64,000 bases of DNA, from assembly GCA_014653355.1 (NCBI GenBank), contig JACWEO010000001.1, forward strand, positions 12,912 to 76,911. Direction: 5' to 3'. The DNA comes from Pelagibacterales bacterium SAG-MED47. Its GTDB lineage: Bacteria; Pseudomonadota; Alphaproteobacteria; Pelagibacterales; Pelagibacteraceae. Positions 27,214 to 36,931 of this stretch are shown piece by piece; position 1 is the stretch's first letter; the number at the start of each line of letters is the position of its first letter. The position numbers were made by a program, and so were the translations under genes. The notes below the pieces were generated by a model, which did not search any database, was not told the DNA's origin, and saw only the letters and a program-made list of their open reading frames with translations.

Positions 27214-28104
27214 ATGACCAAAACTGTTTCTTTATTTAGCGCTTTATTATGCACATTTATATGGGGAACAACTTTTATTGCTCAGGATACTGGAATGGAT
27301 GATATTGGTCCATTCACATTTAACGCTGTAAGATTTTTTGTTGGTTTCCTAGCAATACTTCCTTTAGCATTTTTATTTGAAACTAAAAAATTTAGATCTG
27401 AATTTGAATTAGATTTTAAAACTTTCGTAATACTCTCTACCCTAATTGGCATATCACTTTTTTTAGGTTCAGCGTTACAACAGGTTGCTTTACTTCATAC
27501 AGATGTAGCAAACGCTGCTTTCTTCACAATTTTTTATGTACCTATGGTGCCAATTATAGTGTTTTTATTTAGAAAAAAATCGATTCATTGGAGCGTATGG
27601 CCCTCAGTCGTTTTATGTTTAATTGGAGGATATTTACTTACAAATTTTTATGATGCAACTGTAAGACTCGGAGACAGTCTGGTATTATTAGGTGCTTTAT
27701 TTTGGAGTACTCACATTATCTTTACTGGTATGATTGTTACTAAGTATAATCTTCCCCTAACAATAGGTGCTTTACAAACATTAATTGTTGCAATACTGTC
27801 TTTTATAGTTGGTTCAATTTATGAAGAATTTATTTTAAATAATATTTTAAAAGAAATTGACTCTATTTTGTACGCTGGGATTTTGTCTGGAGGATTTGCA
27901 TTTGTATTACAGATTTATGCTCAAAGACGTATTTCACCAGCTCCAGCTGCAATTATCTTTTCTTTAGAGGGTGTATTCGCAACGATTGCTGCTTGGTTTT
28001 TGCTTAATCAAATATTAGATATTGATAATATATTAGGATGTTTTTTTATTATGTGTGGAGTTTTGTTATCGCAACTTTTACCTTTGATGAAGAAGACAAC
28101 TTAA
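27214..28104 (+). CDS. DMT/EamA-family transporter
   Basis: IWGTTFIAQ, PFTFNAVRF, about ten hydrophobic segments, AAIIFSLEGVFA. Confidence 0.9.
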   Translation: MTKTVSLFSALLCTFIWGTTFIAQDTGMDDIGPFTFNAVRFFVGFLAILPLAFLFETKKFRSEFELDFKTFVILSTLIGISLFLGSALQQVALLHTDVANAAFFTIFYVPMVPIIVFLFRKKSIHWSVWPSVVLCLIGGYLLTNFYDATVRLGDSLVLLGALFWSTHIIFTGMIVTKYNLPLTIGALQTLIVAILSFIVGSIYEEFILNNILKEIDSILYAGILSGGFAFVLQIYAQRRISPAPAAIIFSLEGVFATIAAWFLLNQILDIDNILGCFFIMCGVLLSQLLPLMKKTT

Positions 28105-28868
28105 AAATATATTATTAAAAATAATATTAAAGCGATTAAAATTCTGTAGATAACAAAAATATTTAAAGAGAATTTATTTATATACCTTAAAAAAAACTTG
28201 ACTGTAATATATGAAAATAAAAAAGATAAAATAACAGAAAGTATAATAAGATAATTTATTTCAAGTGATTGATTAGCTGCATCTTTAAGCCCAAGAAAAC
28301 TTGCCCCTGCTAAAGCAGGTATAGATAAGAAAAATGAAATTTTACTTGAATCAACTCTATTAAATTTTAAAAACCTTGCTGCAGTTAAAGCAATACCTGC
28401 TCTACTTACACCAGGAATTAATGCTAGGATTTGAAATAGACCAATAAATATTATAGATTTAATATTTAAATTTATAGATATATTTTTATAGATCTTTTGC
28501 TGATCAGCAAAAAACAAAACTATTCCAAAGAATAATGTTGTCCATGCTATAACTTTTAAATTTCTGAGTAGATAAATAAGTTCAGTTGAGTGGAGTAAGT
28601 ATCCAAAAATGATTAAAGGTATAGATCCAAGTAAAATGAGTTGTAAAAGTTTTTTATTATTCTTTAAATCTAGTAGGTCTTTTCTGAAATAAAATATAAT
28701 CGCAAATAAAGAACCTAAATGTAAACTTATATCTATTAATAAAGATCCTGTTTTTAAATCATAGAAATTAGAAACTAAAATTAAGTGTGCAGAGGAACTA
28801 ATTGGTAAAAATTCAGATATTCCTTGAACCGCGGATAGAATAAGGATTTCTATAAATTCTTGAAACAT
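28101..28868 (-). CDS. uppP: Undecaprenyl-diphosphatase
   Basis: VQGISEFLPISSSAHL, LHLGS, ALIPGVSRAG, FFLSIPA. Confidence 0.95.
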   Translation of the reverse strand: MFQEFIEILILSAVQGISEFLPISSSAHLILVSNFYDLKTGSLLIDISLHLGSLFAIIFYFRKDLLDLKNNKKLLQLILLGSIPLIIFGYLLHSTELIYLLRNLKVIAWTTLFFGIVLFFADQQKIYKNISINLNIKSIIFIGLFQILALIPGVSRAGIALTAARFLKFNRVDSSKISFFLSIPALAGASFLGLKDAANQSLEINYLIILSVILSFLFSYITVKFFLRYINKFSLNIFVIYRILIALILFLIIYF

Positions 28869-28969
28869 ATAAGTGTCGTAACTTAAAAAATATTGATTTT
28901 AAACAATTCGATTTACTCATAATAGGTATGCAAAAATTGGAATTCTTATATAAATGGCTATCAATTTAT

Positions 28970-29000
28970 TTATTTAGGTCATATATACTGACCTAAATAA
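28970..29000. repeat. 12-bp perfect inverted repeat TTATTTAGGTCA-N7-TGACCTAAATAA upstream of gltD
   Basis: Read directly from the sequence; followed by TTCTTTT; ends 50 bp before the gltD ATG. Confidence 0.9.
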
Positions 29001-29050
29001 TTCTTTTACTAATAAAAACAATGTATATTTTGCCTTAAATTTAAAAAAAA

Positions 29051-30490
29051 ATGACTGATAAAATGTTAAAGTTTGTGAAAATAGGTCAACAAACTCCACC
29101 TAAAAGAGAGGTAGGCACCAGAAAAGAAGATTTCAATGAAATTTATGATGAATTTATAAATCAAAAGGCCCAAGAACAATCAAGCAGATGTTCACAATGC
29201 GGAGTACCATTCTGTCAAATCCACTGCCCACTCAGTAATAATATACCAGATTGGTTAAAGTTAACTGCGGAGGGAAGATTAAAAGAGGCCTATGAGTTAT
29301 CACAAAGCACAAACAATATGCCTGAAGTATGTGGAAGAATATGCCCACAAGACAGATTGTGTGAGGGTAATTGTGTTATAGAACAATCAGGCCATGGAAC
29401 TGTAACTATTGGTTCGATGGAAAAATATATTACCGACAATGCCTGGGAACAAGGATGGGTTAAACCGATAGAAGTAAAATATGAAAAAGATCAAAGTGTT
29501 GGCATAATAGGAGCTGGGCCAGCTGGGCTTGCTGCTGCAGAACAATTAAGAAAAGATGGATATAAAATTACAGTTTATGATCGATATGATCGTGCAGGGG
29601 GATTATTAATTTATGGAATTCCTAATTTTAAATTAGAGAAACATGTTGTTGAAAGAAGAACAAAACTATTAAAAGATGGTGGTATTGAATTTGTACAAAA
29701 TTTTGAAATAGGAAAAGACACCAACCTAGATCAACTTAGAAAAAAACATGATGCAATTTTAATTGCCACTGGAGTTTATAAACCTAGAGAAATTAAGTTG
29801 CCAGGAAATGACTTAGATCATATTTTCCCTGCAATGGAATTTTTGACAGCTTCAAATAAAAAAGGTTTAGGTGATGAAGTTGAACTTTTTGATAAAGGAA
29901 TATTGAATGCAGAAGGTAAAGATGTTGTAGTAATAGGTGGTGGAGATACTGCTATGGATTGTGTTAGAACTTCAATAAGACAGAAAGCTAAATCTGTTAA
30001 ATGTCTTTATAGAAGAGATAAAGAAAATATGCCAGGATCTGTTAGAGAAGTTGCTAACGCAGAAGAAGAAGGAGTTGAATTTGTTTGGTTATCAAGTCCC
30101 AAAGAATTTAAAGGAAAAAATAAAATTGAAAAACTAATAGTTGATCAAATCAAATTGGGTAAGCCAGATGACTCTGGAAGAAGAAGACCAGAAATTAAAG
30201 AGGGTTCAGAGTTTGAAATTAAAGCAGACATGGTTATTAAAGCTTTAGGCTTTGACCCAGAAAATTTACCACTATTATTTGATGCACAAGAATTACAGGT
30301 TACTAAGTGGGGAACTATTAAGACAGATTTTGATACTATGGAAACAAATTTAAATGGTGTTTTTGCTGCAGGAGACATAGTTCGAGGAGCATCATTAGTT
30401 GTTTGGGCTATCAAAGATGGAAGAGATGCGGCCTCATCAATGAAAAAATATCTTGAAAATATTGCAATAAAAAAAACACAAGTAGCTTAA
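29051..30490 (+). CDS. gltD: Glutamate synthase small subunit
   Basis: RCSQCGVPFCQIHCP, GRICPQDRLCEGNC, IGAGPAG, GGGDTAMDC, AAGDIVRG. Confidence 0.97.
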   Translation: MTDKMLKFVKIGQQTPPKREVGTRKEDFNEIYDEFINQKAQEQSSRCSQCGVPFCQIHCPLSNNIPDWLKLTAEGRLKEAYELSQSTNNMPEVCGRICPQDRLCEGNCVIEQSGHGTVTIGSMEKYITDNAWEQGWVKPIEVKYEKDQSVGIIGAGPAGLAAAEQLRKDGYKITVYDRYDRAGGLLIYGIPNFKLEKHVVERRTKLLKDGGIEFVQNFEIGKDTNLDQLRKKHDAILIATGVYKPREIKLPGNDLDHIFPAMEFLTASNKKGLGDEVELFDKGILNAEGKDVVVIGGGDTAMDCVRTSIRQKAKSVKCLYRRDKENMPGSVREVANAEEEGVEFVWLSSPKEFKGKNKIEKLIVDQIKLGKPDDSGRRRPEIKEGSEFEIKADMVIKALGFDPENLPLLFDAQELQVTKWGTIKTDFDTMETNLNGVFAAGDIVRGASLVVWAIKDGRDAASSMKKYLENIAIKKTQVA

Positions 30491-33400
30491 TGAAAAATTA
30501 TAAAAATAATCTGGAACTTCTCTCTAAAAATTATGTTTATTCTCATGAGATGGAACATGATGCTTGTGGAGTAGGTCTGATTGCTTCTACAGAGGGAAAA
30601 AAATCAAGATCAGTTGTTGAGTATGGAATCGAGGCTCTCAAAGCTGTTTGGCATCGTGGTGCAGTAGATGCAGATGGAAAAACAGGTGATGGAGCAGGGA
30701 TACATTTAGAGATACCAAAAGATTTTTTTATAGAAAAAATTCAAGTTACAGGACATCACCATGATAATTCTGAAATTTGTGTTGGAATGATTTTTTTACC
30801 TAAAAATGATTATTCTTCTCAAGAAAGCTCTAAAACTATAGTTGAAAGTGAATTAACCAGAAATGATTTTAATATTTATGGATGGAGACAAGTTCCTGTA
30901 AACCCAAAAGTTTTAGGTGAAAAAGCTTTACAAACAATGCCAGAGATTATCCAAGTTTTATTTAAGTCAAATAATCCAAATTTACTTGATAAAGAACTTG
31001 AAAGAAAAATTTATGAAACTAGAAAAAAAATAGAAAACTCAGCTAATAGACTATCTTTAAATAATTTTTATGTATGTTCTATGAGTTCTAAATCAATAAT
31101 TTATAAAGGAATGTTTTTAGCTGAAGCAATTTCAGATTTCTATTTAGATTTAAAAGATGAGAGATTTATTTCAAGATACGCTATTTTTCATCAAAGGTTT
31201 TCTACAAATACTGCTCCTAGCTGGAGTTTAGCTCAACCATTTAGGGCAATAGCTCATAATGGAGAGATAAACACTTATAAAGGAAATAAAAACTGGATGA
31301 AAGTTCATGAAGAAGAGATGAGTAGTCCTTTATTTGAGAATGTAGAAAATTTAAAACCTGTAATTTCTCAAGGAGTTTCAGATTCAGCTGCGCTAGATAA
31401 CGTTTTTGAATTATTAAATAAGTCAGGTCAACCGGCTCCTTTAGCTAAATTAATGTTAGTTCCAGATGCATGGTCGAAAAAAAATAAAACTCTATCAAGA
31501 AATCATCAGCAGTTATTTAATTTCTTAAACAGTACTATGGAGCCCTGGGATGGACCTGCAGCGATCGCAGCCACTGATAATGAATGGGTTATAGCTGCAA
31601 ATGATCGAAATGGCCTGAGACCTCTTAGGTATGCAATCACCAAAGATAAACTACTTTTTGCTGGATCAGAAACTGGGATGATAAAGCTGAATGAAAAAAA
31701 GATCTTATCCAAAGGAAGATTAGGACCAGGCGAAATTATTGGAGTAAGAATTGAAAAAGGAAAAGTTTTTTTAAACAATCAAATTAAAGATTTTTTAGCA
31801 AAAGAATTTAAACATTTTAACTCACAAATTATTGATTTAGATGAAAAAATCTTTATTGCTAAAGAGAAGCATAATTTTGCAGGGGAAGACTTAAGAAGAA
31901 GACAGCATACCTTTGGAATAAGTTTAGAAGATTTAGAATTAATCTTACATCCAATGGCAGAAGATGCAAAAGAGGCAACTGGTTCAATGGGAGATGACAC
32001 ACCACTAGCAGTATTATCAGACAAATACAGGCCTCTTTATCATTTTTTTAGACAAAATTTTAGTCAAGTAACCAATCCTCCAATTGATTCCTTAAGAGAA
32101 AATAAAGTTATGAGTTTGAAAACTAGATTTGGAAACTTAGGAAATATTCTAGATTTTGGTACGCTGACTAAAGAGAATATTTATGTTTTAAACAGCCCAA
32201 TTTTGTCAAATTCTCAATTTAATAAATTCATAAACTATTTTGGAAAAAACTCTTTATCAATTGATTGTACATTTTCTGATGATGAAAATTTAACACTTGC
32301 TATTAAAAGAATTCAAAAAGAAGCTGAAATTGCTGTTAGACAAGGTGTATCACAAATAATTTTAAGTGATAAAGATCTATCATCAAAAAAAATACCAATG
32401 CCAATGCTTCTGTGTGTGGGAGCAATTAATACTTTTCTTATTGATAAAAAGTTAAGAGGATATGTGTCAATAAATGTTCAATCAGGTGAGTCACTAGATA
32501 CGCACGCATTTGCTACATTGATCGGAGTAGGAGCTACAACGGTTAATCCTTATCTAGCTTTTGACAGCTTATATCAAAGATATGAAAAAAAGTTATTTGG
32601 GCAGTACAGTTTTGATGATTGTGTACATAGATATATAAAATCAATAAATGCAGGTCTTTTAAAGATAATGTCTAAAATGGGTATATCTGTTCTTAGTTCT
32701 TATAGAGGAGGATGTAATTTTGAGACAGTTGGATTGAGCAGGACTATTGTTAATGATTATTTTCCTGGCGTAGTTTCTAAAATCTCTGGGATTGGTCTGA
32801 TAGGAATTGAAAAAAAAATACGTCAGATTCATAAAGAGGCATTTGAAAGTACAGATACAGTTTTACCTATCGGAGGTATTTATAGATATAGAAAGAATGG
32901 TGAAACTCATCAATATCAAGGCAAATTAATACATTTATTACAAAGTGCCGTAGGTTCAAATTCTTATTCAGCGTATAAAAAATATGCTGAAGGAATATAT
33001 AATTTACCTCCAATAAATTTGAGGGATTTAATTGATTTTAGGAAAAAGAAAATTGGCCCTTCGATAGAATTATCTGAAGTAGAACCTATAGAAAAAATAC
33101 TCAAAAGATTTGGAAGTGGGAGTATGTCTCATGGAGCCCTATCTAAAGAAGCACATGAAACCTTAGCTATTGGTATGAATAGAATCAAAGGAGCCTCTTG
33201 CAGTGGAGAAGGTGGTGAGGATGCAGAGAGATTTAAGATTATGGATGGAGGAGATAGTGCGAATTCAAGAGTTAAACAAATCGCATCTGCAAGATTTGGT
33301 GTAACTGTAAACTACTTAAATAATTGTAATGAAATAGAAATAAAAATGGCTCAAGGTGCAAAACCAGGAGAAGGAGGACAACTACCAGGCTTTAAAGTAA

Positions 33401-34995
33401 CTGAGGAAATAGCTAAATTAAGACATTCTACACCAGGGGTTACTTTAATTTCACCCCCACCACATCATGATATTTATTCAATAGAGGATCTTGCACAACT
33501 TATTTATGATCTTAAACAAATAAATCCTAAAGCAAGAGTTGGTGTTAAGTTAGTTGCTTCTTCGGGCATTGGGACTATTGCAGCTGGAGTAGCTAAAGCT
33601 AAAGCAGATATTATTTTAATTTCAGGGCATAACGGTGGAACAGGTGCAACACCCCAATCTAGTGTTAAATATGTAGGTATACCATGGGAGATGGGTCTAA
33701 CAGAGGCTAATCAAGTTCTTACATTAAACAACTTAAGACATAAAATAACTTTGAGAACAGACGGTGGAATAAAAACAGGAAGAGATGTTGTTATCGCAGC
33801 TATGATGGGAGCAGAAGAATATGGAGTTGCAACAACAGCTTTAGTTGCAATGGGATGTATCATGGTAAGACAGTGTCACTCAAATACCTGCCCAGTTGGT
33901 GTATGTTCACAAGATGAAAAATTAAGAGAGAGATTTACTGGCACACCAGACAAAATAGTAAACTTATTTACATTTATTGCTTCTGAAGTCAGAGAGATTT
34001 TAGCTAAGCTAGGCTTTAAATCATTAAATGATGTTATTGGAAGAACTGATTTATTAATGCAAGTAAACAAAGGTTCACCTAATTTAGATGACCTAGATTT
34101 AAACCCGTTATTTGTCCAAGCTGATCCTGGTAGAAATAAAAGATATTGTGAGATACCTGAAATTAATAAGGTGCCAGATACATTAGACCAAGAGATTTGG
34201 CCTGAAATTGAAAAATCACTTAATAACTCAGAAAAGATTGAAAAAGAATTTATTATTCAGAATACCAATAGAGCTGTAGGTACTAGAATTTCCCACCTTC
34301 TTTATAGGAAATATGGTTATGAAAAATTAAATGAAAATTTTCTCACATTAAATTTCAAAGGTTCTGCAGGACAATCTTTTGGAGCTTTTTCATCTAAAGG
34401 ATTAAAACTTAACCTTAAAGGAGATGCAAATGATTATGTTGGTAAAGGACTATCAGGAGCAACTATTTCTATAAAACTTTCTGATGAAAGTAATTTAGTT
34501 TCAAATGAAAATACAATTATTGGAAATACCGTCCTTTATGGGGCAACATCAGGCAAACTTTTTGCTGCTGGTCAAGCAGGAGATAGATTTGCAGTAAGAA
34601 ATTCTGGTGCAATAACGGTTATAGAGGGATGTGACTCAAATGGCTGTGAATATATGACTGGAGGCACTGTAATAATTCTTGGGCAAGTTGGTGATAACTT
34701 TGCAGCTGGTATGACAGGTGGTATGGCTTTTATTTATGATAAACAAAAAGATTTTGAAAAAAAAGTAAATTCTGATTCAGTTGTCTGGCAAAACGTTGAA
34801 ACTTCATATTGGAAAAATTTTTTAAAGAATTTGATTCTTGAACATTCAAGTGAAACTAGGTCCTTATTATCAAAAAGTTTAATTTCAAATTTTGAGGATG
34901 AAATAAAAAATTTTGTTCAAGTTTGTCCAAAAGAAATGTTAGATAAACTCAAAAATCCGATCACTTTAAATTCTAAAGTAAAAGAAGTTAGTTAA
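30490..34995 (+). CDS. gltB: Glutamate synthase large subunit
   Basis: EHDA/CGVG propeptide junction, HQRFSTNT, EPWDGPA, IKMAQGAKPGEGGQL, CIMVRQCHSNTCPVG. Confidence 0.98.
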   Translation: MKNYKNNLELLSKNYVYSHEMEHDACGVGLIASTEGKKSRSVVEYGIEALKAVWHRGAVDADGKTGDGAGIHLEIPKDFFIEKIQVTGHHHDNSEICVGMIFLPKNDYSSQESSKTIVESELTRNDFNIYGWRQVPVNPKVLGEKALQTMPEIIQVLFKSNNPNLLDKELERKIYETRKKIENSANRLSLNNFYVCSMSSKSIIYKGMFLAEAISDFYLDLKDERFISRYAIFHQRFSTNTAPSWSLAQPFRAIAHNGEINTYKGNKNWMKVHEEEMSSPLFENVENLKPVISQGVSDSAALDNVFELLNKSGQPAPLAKLMLVPDAWSKKNKTLSRNHQQLFNFLNSTMEPWDGPAAIAATDNEWVIAANDRNGLRPLRYAITKDKLLFAGSETGMIKLNEKKILSKGRLGPGEIIGVRIEKGKVFLNNQIKDFLAKEFKHFNSQIIDLDEKIFIAKEKHNFAGEDLRRRQHTFGISLEDLELILHPMAEDAKEATGSMGDDTPLAVLSDKYRPLYHFFRQNFSQVTNPPIDSLRENKVMSLKTRFGNLGNILDFGTLTKENIYVLNSPILSNSQFNKFINYFGKNSLSIDCTFSDDENLTLAIKRIQKEAEIAVRQGVSQIILSDKDLSSKKIPMPMLLCVGAINTFLIDKKLRGYVSINVQSGESLDTHAFATLIGVGATTVNPYLAFDSLYQRYEKKLFGQYSFDDCVHRYIKSINAGLLKIMSKMGISVLSSYRGGCNFETVGLSRTIVNDYFPGVVSKISGIGLIGIEKKIRQIHKEAFESTDTVLPIGGIYRYRKNGETHQYQGKLIHLLQSAVGSNSYSAYKKYAEGIYNLPPINLRDLIDFRKKKIGPSIELSEVEPIEKILKRFGSGSMSHGALSKEAHETLAIGMNRIKGASCSGEGGEDAERFKIMDGGDSANSRVKQIASARFGVTVNYLNNCNEIEIKMAQGAKPGEGGQLPGFKVTEEIAKLRHSTPGVTLISPPPHHDIYSIEDLAQLIYDLKQINPKARVGVKLVASSGIGTIAAGVAKAKADIILISGHNGGTGATPQSSVKYVGIPWEMGLTEANQVLTLNNLRHKITLRTDGGIKTGRDVVIAAMMGAEEYGVATTALVAMGCIMVRQCHSNTCPVGVCSQDEKLRERFTGTPDKIVNLFTFIASEVREILAKLGFKSLNDVIGRTDLLMQVNKGSPNLDDLDLNPLFVQADPGRNKRYCEIPEINKVPDTLDQEIWPEIEKSLNNSEKIEKEFIIQNTNRAVGTRISHLLYRKYGYEKLNENFLTLNFKGSAGQSFGAFSSKGLKLNLKGDANDYVGKGLSGATISIKLSDESNLVSNENTIIGNTVLYGATSGKLFAAGQAGDRFAVRNSGAITVIEGCDSNGCEYMTGGTVIILGQVGDNFAAGMTGGMAFIYDKQKDFEKKVNSDSVVWQNVETSYWKNFLKNLILEHSSETRSLLSKSLISNFEDEIKNFVQVCPKEMLDKLKNPITLNSKVKEVS

Positions 34996-35734
34996 TAATT
35001 AATTTTAATTCTTTTTTTAACATCACTAAGTGTTTAGGTGAAGATAGACTGTGATCACCATTTTTAATAATTACTAACTTTTTTTTACTATTTTTAAAAA
35101 TTTTTAACACTTTTTTTGAGTAAGAAACTGGAACAACCTCATCTTTTTGACCGTGGACCATTGTAATATTTATTTTATAATTTATTTTTTTATTCAAAAC
35201 CCTATTTTTTCTTCCATCTTTTATTAATTGAAGAGTTATTGGATAAATATAGTCTCCATGTTTTAAATTATAAATCCCATTTTTTATTGCCTCAGCTTTC
35301 ATTTTTTTTGAAAATTTATTCCACATTAAATTCTCTAGAAATTCTGGTGCTGAACCAATACCCAAGAAACCTTTAATCTGTTTTTTAAAAATTTTGAATT
35401 GGTTTAATGCTATCCATGCACCCATACTAGAACCAATAAAGATTATTTTATTTGTTTTAACTATTTTTTTAATTAAAATACTCGTTTCTTTAGTCCACTT
35501 AGAAATATTACCTTTTGTAAATTTACCAGATGATTTTCCATGGCCAGAATATTCTAATGCTAAAAAGCCTAATTTATTCTTTTTAGCAAATTTTAAAAAT
35601 GATTTTGGTTTATTGCCATCTAAATCAGACATAAATCCATGTAAAAAAACAATATAGTCACGGTTTTTTTGATACAGTTTTAGATATCTTATCTTCCTAG
35701 CTTTTCTTAATTTATAATAGTTAAATTTCGTCAT
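34988..35734 (-). CDS. Alpha/beta hydrolase
   Basis: FLHGFMSD, YSGHGKS, GSSMG nucleophile, HGQKDEVVP, GDHSLS. Confidence 0.88.
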   Translation of the reverse strand: MTKFNYYKLRKARKIRYLKLYQKNRDYIVFLHGFMSDLDGNKPKSFLKFAKKNKLGFLALEYSGHGKSSGKFTKGNISKWTKETSILIKKIVKTNKIIFIGSSMGAWIALNQFKIFKKQIKGFLGIGSAPEFLENLMWNKFSKKMKAEAIKNGIYNLKHGDYIYPITLQLIKDGRKNRVLNKKINYKINITMVHGQKDEVVPVSYSKKVLKIFKNSKKKLVIIKNGDHSLSSPKHLVMLKKELKLIIN

Positions 35735-35776
35735 TAAAGTTTATTAGTTTTATCTATTATTATATAATCTTATCTT

Positions 35777-36931
35777 ATGTCGTCTAATATAAATGTTTTA
35801 CAGGTAATACCAAAATTAGGATATGGGGGAGCAGAAACAGGCTGTTATGATATTGCACATTATCTACCAGAAAATAATTGTAAATCTTTTATTGTTACTA
35901 GTGGCGGTGAGTTAACTAAGTTTATAGATAAAAAAAAAGTAAAATTAATTAGGCTACCAGTTCAAAGTAAAAATCCTATACTAATATTTTTTAATTCAAT
36001 CATTCTAATTGGTATAATTTTATTTTTTAATATTACAATAGTTCATGCTAGAAGTCGTGCACCAGCATGGTCATGTCTTTTAGCAACAAAATTGACTAGA
36101 AGAAAATTTGTAACAACATTTCATGGTACTTATAATTTTAGTGGTAAATTAAAAAAATTTTACAACTCTGTCATGGTTAGATCTGATTTGATAATTGCCG
36201 GGTCGAATTTTATTTTTTCACATATTAAAGAAAATTATTCTGAACTTTTAACACTTAAAAAAAAATTTCTTGTAATATTCAGAGGTATAAATGTGGATTA
36301 TTTTGATCCATCCTCAAAATTAGAGGAGGATGAAAAAAAACTTCTTACAAAATGGGAGATTAATAAAGAAAAAAAAATTATTTTAGTACCTGGTAGACTT
36401 ACTTCCTGGAAAGGGCAGGAAATGCTTATAGAAGCAATTAATTTAATAAAAGTTGAATTAGGCTATGAAGCTTTTCATCTTGTTATATTAGGAAGTCATC
36501 AAGGGAGAGATTTATATAAAAAAAAATTGATCCGTATTACTGAACAACATCGTTTAACTAATCAAATAAAATTTATAGATCAATGTAAAGATATGGCTTT
36601 AGCATATAAAGTCTCGGATATTGTCATATCACCCTCGATAGAGCCAGAAGCTTTTGGGAGGGTTGCAGTGGAGGCACAATCTATGGAAAAATTGATTATT
36701 GCGAGCAATATAGGAGGTTCAAACGAAACAATAATAAATGAAAAAACTGGTTTTTTATTTGAAGCTGGAGATGTTAATTCTTTAAGTAAAAAAATTATTC
36801 AAGCAATTACGATGGATGAGTCATCACTTAAATTAATGGGAAAAGAGGGAAGAAAAAACATTATTAAGAAATTTAATGTTGAAAAAATGTGTTTTTCTAC
36901 TTATTCAGAGTATAAAAGATTAGTAAATTAA
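35777..36931 (+). CDS. Glycosyltransferase family 4
   Basis: GGAETG, HARSRAPAW, PGRLTSWKGQ, EPEAFGRVAVEAQ. Confidence 0.9.
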   Translation: MSSNINVLQVIPKLGYGGAETGCYDIAHYLPENNCKSFIVTSGGELTKFIDKKKVKLIRLPVQSKNPILIFFNSIILIGIILFFNITIVHARSRAPAWSCLLATKLTRRKFVTTFHGTYNFSGKLKKFYNSVMVRSDLIIAGSNFIFSHIKENYSELLTLKKKFLVIFRGINVDYFDPSSKLEEDEKKLLTKWEINKEKKIILVPGRLTSWKGQEMLIEAINLIKVELGYEAFHLVILGSHQGRDLYKKKLIRITEQHRLTNQIKFIDQCKDMALAYKVSDIVISPSIEPEAFGRVAVEAQSMEKLIIASNIGGSNETIINEKTGFLFEAGDVNSLSKKIIQAITMDESSLKLMGKEGRKNIIKKFNVEKMCFSTYSEYKRLVN

